This document shows positions 17,855 through 25,611 of a DNA stretch of 64,000 nt, piece by piece (within the stretch, counting starts at the first letter, position 1; each line of letters begins with the position of its first letter). The notes under the pieces are model-generated. The model did no database searches, was not told where the DNA came from, and saw nothing but the letters and a program-made list of their open reading frames with translations. Source of the stretch: Acidobacteriota bacterium (GTDB lineage: Bacteria > Acidobacteriota > Blastocatellia > Pyrinomonadales > Pyrinomonadaceae); NCBI GenBank assembly GCA_023391155.1, contig JAEWBM010000029.1, forward strand, positions 10,892-74,891, in the 5' to 3' direction. The translations under genes and the position numbers were made by a program.

Positions 17855-20203
17855 CTAAAACCCGAAACTTAAGCCGATGCGGGCATTCCGGCCCGGAGTT
17901 CGAAACCCATTCTCAAAATATTCGTGATCAAAGAGATTTTCCACCGTTCCAAACAATCTAAGTGAAAATCGCTCACCCCCGGGCCGAAACGTGTGCCCCG
18001 CGGTCAGATCGGCCCGGCGATTGCCGTCGAATCGATAGACGTATGTCGAAAAATCCGACGTGCTGAAGATCGGAGCAAAGTACGCCGAACTTAGCAGCAG
18101 GTCGAGATTGATCCACGAATCCCCGAATCGCCGCGTCGCAACCAGAGTGAACTGCCGCTCAGGCACGCCGAACACGCTGATCACCCCGCTGCCCGGAACC
18201 GACGCTCGCCGCTGATCACTATTAGTGTATGTGAACGACGCAAATAGGTCCGTCGCGTCATCCGGCCTTATATCGGCGCTGAATTCAGCTCCTCGCGCAA
18301 TGCCGCCCCGTTCGTTGATATAACCCCCGAAAGGCCGCGGCGTGCTGCCGATATCCGGGACCACATTTGCAAACCCGATCGTTTCCGTCAGACTCGTATA
18401 AAAATACGCGGCGGCCAGCCGTGCCTTCCCGCCGAATAGGAACTGCTCGACGCCGGCATCCGCCGCGATCGAGCGCTCGGGCTTGAGTCCCGGATCGCCC
18501 AGGGCGATGAATTCCGGCATGACGAACGTGCTGAAGAACGTGCCGTACCGTTCGTAGAGCGACGGGATCCGATAGCCGTTCCCTACATGTGCCCTGATCT
18601 TTGTTCCGGTCGATGCAAAATAGTAGGCGACGGCCCCGTCAGCGGTGAGCGCCGCGGGCGGCGAAGCGGCCGCTGAGCCCTGATATGGTGCATTTTCCAG
18701 GCTAAAGCGCGGTTCGCCAAGGCTGAACCACTGAGCCCGCACTCCCCCCGTCACCTGCAGCCGACCTTCAATAAAGGACGCAACGTCCTGGACAAAAAAG
18801 GTGTGGCTCGACTGTGATGCGCGAGTAAAGAAGTTGCCGATGCCGTCCGGCGTCGAGCCCGTATTCTCAAAACCTTCCCGTTCAAATTCGTATCCGAATT
18901 TAAGCGATCCTGCCGGCCCGCTCGCCCAGTCGACGTTCCCCCCTGCCGTGTGTATATCCCCGTCGAACCGCGACAACGACGCGGCCTGAAACCCCACGCC
19001 GAGCGGCCCGGCATCGTTAAGCCGCGACGAGGTCAGCCCGGAGTAAAGTGCATTCAGCGTCAGCCCCTCCCTGATCCTGTACGTGACAACTGCCTGGCCG
19101 TTAAAGAGCTTTGTCTTTTGCGTATCGTCAGGGTCGTCCACGTCCGGTGCAAAATTCTCGCCGGCGCGGGCGTCGATAACTCCGGCCGGCAAAACCCCGA
19201 GCGTGTCGGGATTCGAGTTAAGTCGCACGTAAGCATCGGAGACCAGGAACCGCCCTGAGATGCTTGTCGCCCCCGTGGGCCGGAACTGAACCCGGCTCTG
19301 GAAGTTGGTGTTGTGCGCGTTATCGTTTCCGTCGATGCCTTTGGTGTAGGCGGTTCGTGCCACCGCGAGATTGAATCCGAACCGTCGGTCCGAGGTGGCG
19401 TCGGACAGGTTCCCGCGAAACCGGTGCAGCCCGAGACCGCCGGCCGCATACGAAACCTGCCCGTGAGTGCCCGGGCCCGGTTCAGGCGTGATGAAATTCA
19501 CCGTGCCGCCGATAGAGTTCGTCCCGTACAGTGACGAACCCGCCCCCCGGAGTACCTCGACACGGCTAACGCTCGTCAGCGTAATGTCGCTCAGGAACGG
19601 CGTCGCATCGCCCGTTATCGCCGAGGGGTCGCGGAGTCGAACGCCGTCGAGCAAGATCGCAGTATCCTGATTACGCAGACCTCGCGTCTTGATCGACGCC
19701 GTTCGCCCGAACCCGCCCGTTTGCTGCACACGAAATCCAGGGATCGAGCGAAGAGATTCGACGAGCGTAAAGTCCGCCCGCTCGCGCATTTCGCGCCCGC
19801 GGATAACGTTGACCGTCTTCGAAACCTCCTCGATCGGCTGCACCAGATCTGCCGAGATCGTCACCGTCTCGCTTATCCCGCCGACCTCCTCCAGCACCAG
19901 CGTCACCTCGGCGGGCATGCCCAAAACGACCTCGGCATCGGCGGGTTGCGAGGCAAAATTTCGCCCCGCTGCCGTGTGCCTCGCCTGGACCCGGTACTGC
20001 CCCGGCCCGACGTAGAAACGAGCCAACCCCGTATCGTCCGTTTCAGCTTCGCGGCTGCTTCCGTCCGAACCCACTGCCGTTACGACGACTCCCGCCGCCG
20101 GCACTCCTCCGCTTTCGACCCGCACCAGCAGCAGCGGGCCGTTCTGCCCGATCGCGGCCCCGGCCGAGATCAACATAACCAACAAAAAAATAAATATCTT
20201 CAT
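17855..20203 (-). CDS. btuB: TonB-dependent receptor, probable cobalamin/corrinoid outer-membrane transporter
   Basis: Signal peptide MKIFIFLLVMLISAGAAIGQ. Plug domain (VNVIRGREMRERADFTLVESLRSIPGFRVQQTGGFGRTASIKTRGL). Beta-barrel ending ...IGLSFGF. It is the last gene of the btuFCD operon and is preceded by a cobalamin-riboswitch-like leader. Confidence 0.75.
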   Translation of the reverse strand: MKIFIFLLVMLISAGAAIGQNGPLLLVRVESGGVPAAGVVVTAVGSDGSSREAETDDTGLARFYVGPGQYRVQARHTAAGRNFASQPADAEVVLGMPAEVTLVLEEVGGISETVTISADLVQPIEEVSKTVNVIRGREMRERADFTLVESLRSIPGFRVQQTGGFGRTASIKTRGLRNQDTAILLDGVRLRDPSAITGDATPFLSDITLTSVSRVEVLRGAGSSLYGTNSIGGTVNFITPEPGPGTHGQVSYAAGGLGLHRFRGNLSDATSDRRFGFNLAVARTAYTKGIDGNDNAHNTNFQSRVQFRPTGATSISGRFLVSDAYVRLNSNPDTLGVLPAGVIDARAGENFAPDVDDPDDTQKTKLFNGQAVVTYRIREGLTLNALYSGLTSSRLNDAGPLGVGFQAASLSRFDGDIHTAGGNVDWASGPAGSLKFGYEFEREGFENTGSTPDGIGNFFTRASQSSHTFFVQDVASFIEGRLQVTGGVRAQWFSLGEPRFSLENAPYQGSAAASPPAALTADGAVAYYFASTGTKIRAHVGNGYRIPSLYERYGTFFSTFVMPEFIALGDPGLKPERSIAADAGVEQFLFGGKARLAAAYFYTSLTETIGFANVVPDIGSTPRPFGGYINERGGIARGAEFSADIRPDDATDLFASFTYTNSDQRRASVPGSGVISVFGVPERQFTLVATRRFGDSWINLDLLLSSAYFAPIFSTSDFSTYVYRFDGNRRADLTAGHTFRPGGERFSLRLFGTVENLFDHEYFENGFRTPGRNARIGLSFGF

Positions 20204-20221
20204 ATATCCTCTTCTGCCCAC

Positions 20222-20344
20222 ACGCAGAATGGTTCTTTCCTTGGCAAAAGCTCAAAGTTCCCGGCTGACGGCCTTCTCGGGCTGATCACGGTTGCGTGGG
20301 CAGCGTTGGATTCTCACCAACTTCCTTTGCAGCGATCGCCGACA
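20222..20344 (-). promoter_or_regulatory. Probable second cobalamin riboswitch (leader of the TonB receptor gene)
   Basis: The minus strand reads GCAAAGGAAGTTGGTGAGAATCCAACGCTGCCCACGCAACCGTGATCAGCCC...GTCAGCCGGGAAC...GCCAAGGAAAGAACC. This parallels the conserved cobalamin core GGGAA..GGTGAGAATCC...GCC.CGC.AC.GT.A. CTGCCCACGC can also pair with GCGTGTGGGCAG just upstream of the GAGGA SD. Confidence 0.6.
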
Positions 20345-21115
20345 TTAGTAGATCGCGGTCACACGCGGTTTACCTGTGACCGGATTTGCGTCCAGCAATG
20401 ACCGGACGCCGTAAACTTCACGAATATTCCCCTCGTTCAAAACATCGGCGGGCTCGCCCGCAGCATATACCTGCCCCCCGCTGAGCATTAGGATCTTGTC
20501 CGCGAATTCGGCGGCCAAATTCAGGTCGTGTGTAATGACCACCGCCGAGTATTCCATCTCGCGGCACCGTTCGCGAACCAGCCGGAACATCATCGCCTGA
20601 TGCGCCAGATCAAGGTTCGCCGTCGGTTCGTCGAGCAGCAGCAGTTTCGCCTCGGTCGCCAATGCCCTTGCCAGTACCACCCGCTGACGCTCGCCGCCCG
20701 AGAGCTCGTTCATCATCCGGTCCGCAAAACCCGCGAGATCGCATTGCTCCAGAGCCTCATCCGCCGCCCGAACGTCGTCCTCGCTCTCCCATCCGAAGGC
20801 CGATCCCGAAGCGAAACGGCCTGCCAGAATGAACTCGCGAACCGTAACGGGAAACTTTGTTTCGTTCTCCTGTGCGACGACTGCGATCCGCCTGGCGATC
20901 TCTCGCCGCGAGAATTCGCTCAACGGACGCCCATCCAGTTCCACGCTGCCTGACACGGCTCTCAGCGTTCCGTTGAGTGCCTTTAGAAGCGTTGTCTTTC
21001 CTGCCCCATTTGGCCCGAGCAAGGCCACGGCCTCGCCTGGAACTAGGTCGAACGAGATGCCGCTCAAAACCTCATAAGGGCCATAGGCGATGGAAATTTT
21101 TCGAACACTCAGCAT
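20345..21115 (-). CDS. btuD: ABC transporter ATP-binding protein (FecE/BtuD/HmuV family)
   Basis: Walker A GPNGAGKTTLLKAL, signature LSGGERQRVVLARAL, Walker B LLLLDEPT. Confidence 0.9.
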   Translation of the reverse strand: MLSVRKISIAYGPYEVLSGISFDLVPGEAVALLGPNGAGKTTLLKALNGTLRAVSGSVELDGRPLSEFSRREIARRIAVVAQENETKFPVTVREFILAGRFASGSAFGWESEDDVRAADEALEQCDLAGFADRMMNELSGGERQRVVLARALATEAKLLLLDEPTANLDLAHQAMMFRLVRERCREMEYSAVVITHDLNLAAEFADKILMLSGGQVYAAGEPADVLNEGNIREVYGVRSLLDANPVTGKPRVTAIY

Positions 21116-21124
21116 TAACGCCTG

Positions 21125-22084
21125 CTAATTTCTCCTCAGCAAATAAATGAACAGCGGCGCTCCGATCAGCGCCGTGATCGCACCGACGGGCAGCTCTCGC
21201 GGCGCGATCGCCGTCCGCGAAACGGTGTCAGCCAACACCACAAATATCCCGCCCGCGAGTGCCGATAGCGGTACAACGAGACGGTTATCGCTTCCGAATG
21301 CCAGCCGCACGAGATGCGGAACGATCAGCCCGACATACCCAACCGAACCGCTCGCCGCGACCGAAAGGCCTACCAACGCGCTCGCGGTACCAAAAACGAT
21401 CAGCCGCACCCGACCCACCTCCACACCGTGGTCAAATGCGTCTCGTTCGCCGATCATCATCAGGTTCAACGCCCGTGCCTGCGACATCAGGATTATCGTA
21501 CCCGCGACGCCGGCGGCCATCGTTAAATACGCTCCGTCAAAGGTCGCCTGCGAAAGATCGCCCAACAGCCAGAACGTGTACCCCCGAAGACGTGCGGCGT
21601 CGAGCAGACTCGTCAGAAGCACGATGATCGACGAAAGGAAAGTGGTGACGATCACGCCCGAAAGCACGAGCCGTTCGACGTTCATCCCGGCCCGCGTCCT
21701 TGCCATCTGATACACGGCAAAGGTCGCGGTCCCGGCACCGACGAATGCGAACACCGGCCGGGCGGCGGCGTAACTTTCGAAGGCCACGAAGGCGACCAGT
21801 GTCCCCAGTGCGGCCCCGTTCGATACGCCAAGCAGATAAGGCTCGGCTAATGGATTTCGTAATAGAGCCTGCAGCGATGCCCCCGCAACGGCAAGGCTTG
21901 CACCGACAAAGATCCCCAGCATGACCCGCGGCAGCCTGATCTCCCACAGGATCGTTCGGCTCGTTTCCTCGGAATCAAAAAGCGAAACGCTTTCCGCACC
22001 GAGCGACATCGCAAGCACCGAGGCACCCGCCAGCAAAATCAGCAGCAGGGAGCCATTGCGGTAACTCTTCCGTTGCTCGGTCAT
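21125..22084 (-). CDS. btuC: FecCD-family ABC permease (BtuC-like)
   Basis: Polytopic membrane protein of about 320 aa with FecCD motifs (IRLPRVMLGIFVGASLAVAGASLQALLRNPLAEPYLLGVS; GAITALIGAPLFIYLL). Confidence 0.9.
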   Translation of the reverse strand: MTEQRKSYRNGSLLLILLAGASVLAMSLGAESVSLFDSEETSRTILWEIRLPRVMLGIFVGASLAVAGASLQALLRNPLAEPYLLGVSNGAALGTLVAFVAFESYAAARPVFAFVGAGTATFAVYQMARTRAGMNVERLVLSGVIVTTFLSSIIVLLTSLLDAARLRGYTFWLLGDLSQATFDGAYLTMAAGVAGTIILMSQARALNLMMIGERDAFDHGVEVGRVRLIVFGTASALVGLSVAASGSVGYVGLIVPHLVRLAFGSDNRLVVPLSALAGGIFVVLADTVSRTAIAPRELPVGAITALIGAPLFIYLLRRN

Positions 22085-22971
22085 CTAAGCCGTCCAAATT
22101 CCGCCGCCAGCTTTTCGATCGCGTCCACCAAACGCGGCCCCGGCCTTGAGATAATGTCGGGGTCTATCCTAACGATCCGCCCATTTGCCACTGCAGCCGA
22201 ACGCGAAAGCACGTCATTCGGCTCTCGATTATCGGAGCTGTCCGACAAAAGGATTATCTCGGGGTCATAGGCAAGCGCCGTCTCCTTGCTGAGCACGGGG
22301 TAGCCCGTCGGCACATCTGCGGTCACAGATCGCCCCCCGGCCCGTGCAACGGCATCGGTGATGAAAGAATCGCTCCCAACCGTCACCAGCGGATCCTTTG
22401 AGATCTGAACAAAAACTCGAGGCCTCGCCCGCCCCTCAAGGCTTGAACTCACTTGATTGAGCCTCGCCTGCAGCGCGTTCGCACGCTCAAGCGCAACGTC
22501 CTCGGTCCCGAACAAGACCCCGAGCCTGACGAGATCGGCCATGACAGAATCCACGTCGCCCGAGGCAATAACGAACACGGCGATATTCCGCGACGCGAGC
22601 GTGGCCGTGAACGCCTCAAGCTGAGACGAGGTCGATACCAGGACCACGTCCGGTTCCAGAGCGATTATCCGCTCGATATTCGGCGTCTGGGTGTCGCCGA
22701 CCTTTTCGATCGCGGCCGCCTCGGCGGGAAAATCGCAATAGGTCGTTACACCCACCAGCCGGTCACCGGCCCCCGCCGCAAAGACCATCTCCGTAATGCT
22801 CGGCGCCAGCGAGATCGCTCGCTCGACCCGCTCCGACAGCCCAACCTGACGGCCGAGCCCATCCGGTATAGTCCTCGAACCGCCCGACCCGCCGGGTCCG
22901 GAACACGCGGCTAAAAGAGCGGCGGCGAGAGCAAAAACCCAAATGTTTTTCTTTATCCCAAACATAAACAT
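22081..22971 (-). CDS. btuF: Periplasmic cobalamin/siderophore-type substrate-binding lipoprotein (BtuF-like)
   Basis: Lipoprotein signal MFMFGIKKNIWVFALAAALLAACSG. The BtuF-like motif RAISLAPSITEMVFAAGAGDRLVGVTTYCDFP is present. Start moved from 23058 to the ATG at 22971; the longer ORF runs through the riboswitch expression platform. Confidence 0.85.
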   Translation of the reverse strand: MFMFGIKKNIWVFALAAALLAACSGPGGSGGSRTIPDGLGRQVGLSERVERAISLAPSITEMVFAAGAGDRLVGVTTYCDFPAEAAAIEKVGDTQTPNIERIIALEPDVVLVSTSSQLEAFTATLASRNIAVFVIASGDVDSVMADLVRLGVLFGTEDVALERANALQARLNQVSSSLEGRARPRVFVQISKDPLVTVGSDSFITDAVARAGGRSVTADVPTGYPVLSKETALAYDPEIILLSDSSDNREPNDVLSRSAAVANGRIVRIDPDIISRPGPRLVDAIEKLAAEFGRLR

Positions 22972-23218
22972 GCCCTGTTCACGCGATCTGAAACGATCGA
23001 TGGTGAACAGGGCATTTAAAATGGCCGGGTCTGCCGTCGATGTCTTAACGCGAAACATCTCATCGGCAAAGCTTTTCGGGCAGGCAACCTGACTTTTTGA
23101 ACGTTGGAACGCTCAATTCACAGTGACGCGATCGTGCGGGATTCTCACCCGGCTTCCCCATTTAGCCGCGAAAAAATGCGGCTCCCTAAAGGCTTTGGTG
23201 ATGTTAAAGAGCAAGTGC
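22970..23218 (-). promoter_or_regulatory. Cobalamin (B12) riboswitch controlling btuF-btuC-btuD
   Basis: The minus strand reads ...GAGCCGCattttttcGCGGCTAAATGGGGAAGCCGGGTGAGAATCCCGCACGATCGCGTCACTGTGAATTGAGCG...AGTCAGGTTGCCTGCCC. This covers the conserved core, the B12-box-like GTCACTG and the 3' AGTCAGG..CCTGCC element. A 13-bp hairpin, ATGCCCTGTTCAC (23015-23003) paired with GTGAACAGGGCAT (22982-22970), buries the btuF start codon. Confidence 0.85.
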
Positions 23219-23220
23219 GG

Positions 23221-23249
23221 ATTATTACCGCCACCCCGACAAATGTCAA
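23221..23249 (-). promoter_or_regulatory. Candidate sigma-70 promoter for the riboswitch/btu operon
   Basis: On the minus strand, TTGACA, a 17-nt spacer, then AATAAT. It lies immediately downstream of the aroA stop and upstream of the riboswitch. Confidence 0.4.
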
Positions 23250-23256
23250 CCACTAA

Positions 23257-24546
23257 CTACCACACAGCAAGGCCGTCGAGTACCTCGAAAAAATCAGGAA
23301 ACGAAATATCGACACACTCCGCACCCACGATCTCAGTCTCGCCCTCCGCAAGCAGCCCTGCCACGGCCAAAGCCATGGCGATGCGGTGATCGTCCGCAGA
23401 ATCGACCCGTGCACCCTCCAGTCTTGAGTGCCCGACTCGAAACCCGTCCGCCATTTCCTCCGCATCGGCTCCCATGGCCCGCAATCCCGCGACGATCGCG
23501 TCGATCCGGTCGGATTCCTTTACGCGAAGATCCGCGGCGCCATGAACCACGATGCCCTTGGGCAGCCGCGTCCCCAAAACCGCCAGCGCCGGCAGCTCGT
23601 CGATCAACCGGGCGGCCTCGCTTCCCTCGATCACCAACGTCTCGTCCCTAACACCGGTCGAGGAGGCGACCATGTCCGCTACGGGCTCATTATTCACCAC
23701 TCGCTCGTTGGTCAAAGTGATCTCGACGCCGCAGCGCCTGATCATATCGATCACCGCATTCCGCGTTGGGTTCACCCCGACCCCGGGAAAGCTGATCTCC
23801 GACCCCGGCAGACATGCCGCCCCGACCAGGAAAAATGTCGCTGCTGAAATGTCGGCGGGCACGGTGATGCTCGAACCCCGCAGCACGCTATTCCCGCTGA
23901 TCGCGACCCGATGCCCGTCTTTTTCCTCTACGGCTACCTCGGCCCCCATATGCTTAAGCATCCGCTCCGTATGGTCGCGGGTCTTGACCGCTTCGATTAC
24001 CGAAGTGTTCCCCTCGGCAAAAAGCCCGGCCAACAATACGCAGCTTTTTACCTGTGCCGACGGCTTTTCTGTTATCAGATCGATCGAGTTCAGTTTAGAT
24101 CTACCCCGCATCCTCAACGGTGGGCGTCCCCGGTCGCTCTCGATCTCAGCACCCATTCGGGTCAGGGGTTCTATAATGCGGCCCATCGGACGCCGCATCA
24201 GCGAACTGTCCCCCACCAGAACGGAATCGAACGGCTGGCCCGCCAAAATGCCCGCCAAAAGACGCATCGTAGTCCCGCTGTTGCCGCAATCAAGCGGAGT
24301 TTCCGGCGGCCTGAGACCGCCTTTGCCGCGCCCCTCTATCTTAACTACCGTGCCCTCTTGCGTAATGCCCACGCCAAGCTGCCGCAGGCAGTCGAGTGTC
24401 GACCGGCAATCCGCGGCATCGGAGAAATTCTCGATCCGCGTCACACCTTCGGCGATCGCGCCGAGCAGTGTGGCGCGGTGCGATATCGACTTGTCCGCGG
24501 GCAATTTTGCCTCGCCTTTCAGGGCCCGGGCTCCATAGATCTTCAT
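23257..24546 (-). CDS. aroA: 3-phosphoshikimate 1-carboxyvinyltransferase (EPSP synthase)
   Basis: LPADKSISHRATLLGAIAEG, CGNSGTTMRLLAGILAG, and the C-terminal DHRIAMALAVAGL. Confidence 0.95.
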   Translation of the reverse strand: MKIYGARALKGEAKLPADKSISHRATLLGAIAEGVTRIENFSDAADCRSTLDCLRQLGVGITQEGTVVKIEGRGKGGLRPPETPLDCGNSGTTMRLLAGILAGQPFDSVLVGDSSLMRRPMGRIIEPLTRMGAEIESDRGRPPLRMRGRSKLNSIDLITEKPSAQVKSCVLLAGLFAEGNTSVIEAVKTRDHTERMLKHMGAEVAVEEKDGHRVAISGNSVLRGSSITVPADISAATFFLVGAACLPGSEISFPGVGVNPTRNAVIDMIRRCGVEITLTNERVVNNEPVADMVASSTGVRDETLVIEGSEAARLIDELPALAVLGTRLPKGIVVHGAADLRVKESDRIDAIVAGLRAMGADAEEMADGFRVGHSRLEGARVDSADDHRIAMALAVAGLLAEGETEIVGAECVDISFPDFFEVLDGLAVW

Positions 24547-24583
24547 AACTCATCAATTCTAGAACGTTTTTCGGCGAATTGTC

Positions 24584-25039
24584 TTGACAGCGCTTGTTAC
24601 AAACCTTTACCTTGTAATCTCTAAGCTTGTGCAAAATATAGAAGAACTCACATTGCCAAGCCGAATCGAATCCGTCGAGGAGGCCGCGACAAAGGCGGAG
24701 GAATTTGCGCGGAAGTGCGGCTGCGGCGACGAGCATGTGTCGGCCATTGACCTCGCCATTCGCGAATCGGTGGCCAACGCCATTAAACACGGCAATCAAT
24801 TCGACGAGGAAAAATCCGTCGATATACGATTTGTTTCTTCCGATGACAGGGTCGAGATACTGGTCAGCGACCATGGAACCGGGTTCGACCCGGATGAGAT
24901 ACCCGACCCGACGGATCCGGCAAATCTGTTAAGTGCCTCGGGCCGCGGCATCCTGTTCATCAGGACCTTTATGGACACGGTCGAATGGTCAAATGCCTCC
25001 GGCGGCGGCACGACGGTTAAGATGGTGAAAAAAATGTAA
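24584..25039 (+). CDS. Anti-sigma-factor-type serine kinase (RsbW/SpoIIAB-like HATPase)
   Basis: N-box AIRESVANAIKHGN, G-box VSDHGTGFD and GRGILFIRTFMD. The true start may be the in-frame GTG at 24629. Confidence 0.75.
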   Translation: MTALVTNLYLVISKLVQNIEELTLPSRIESVEEAATKAEEFARKCGCGDEHVSAIDLAIRESVANAIKHGNQFDEEKSVDIRFVSSDDRVEILVSDHGTGFDPDEIPDPTDPANLLSASGRGILFIRTFMDTVEWSNASGGGTTVKMVKKM

Positions 25040-25121
25040 TTCGCGGCCGGACGTGGACATTTTGCCGGCCCGTGGTCTAAAATCTGCTATTCATTTAAAT
25101 TAAACTTCTGAGGAGATAAAA

Positions 25122-25469
25122 ATGTCTGATATCAACATTTCGGAACGCCAGGCGGGCGATGTAACCATTCTCGACCTCGACGGAAAGGTGACGATCGGCG
25201 AGGGCAGCGTTGCTCTTCGCACCGCGATCCGCCGCCTGCTGGGTGAGGGCAAGCACAAGATCCTGCTCAATCTCGGCAACGTCGGCTATATCGATTCGAG
25301 CGGCATCGGCGAACTCGTCTCGAGCTTTACGGCGGTCAACAAAGAGGGCGGTACGCTCAAGCTTCTCAATCTGACGCAGAAGATCCAGGACCTGCTCGCC
25401 ATCACCAAGCTGCTCACGGTCTTTGATGTTTACGACAGCGAGGCTGAGGCGTTGGCCAGCTTTGAATAG
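25122..25469 (+). CDS. STAS-domain anti-sigma-factor antagonist (RsbV/SpoIIAA-like)
   Basis: 115 aa, with a GAGGAG SD. The phospho-serine motif is [16 protein letters not shown]. Confidence 0.9.
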   Translation: MSDINISERQAGDVTILDLDGKVTIGEGSVALRTAIRRLLGEGKHKILLNLGNVGYIDSSGIGELVSSFTAVNKEGGTLKLLNLTQKIQDLLAITKLLTVFDVYDSEAEALASFE

Positions 25470-25495
25470 GTGATATCGGCCGCGGTTTGAACACG

Positions 25496-25541
25496 AGGAT
25501 AAGGAGGGCTCACGGGGCCGGCCTTATCCTTTCGTATTTTT
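25496..25541 (+). terminator. Rho-independent terminator
   Basis: AGGATAAGG-(17 nt)-CCTTATCCT followed by TTCGTATTTTT. Confidence 0.6.
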
Positions 25542-25611
25542 GGCCGCGGCGTGCATCTTTGGCGTGGGGCGATTCATCATAAACGGTGCACCACACTTCA
25601 TATCACGACCA

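Noticed and set aside
22972-23058. N-terminal extension of the BtuF-like ORF (MFRVKTSTADPAILNALFTIDRFRSREQG).
   Set aside because: It would translate the riboswitch expression-platform hairpin. A classic lipoprotein signal peptide begins at the internal ATG at 22971.
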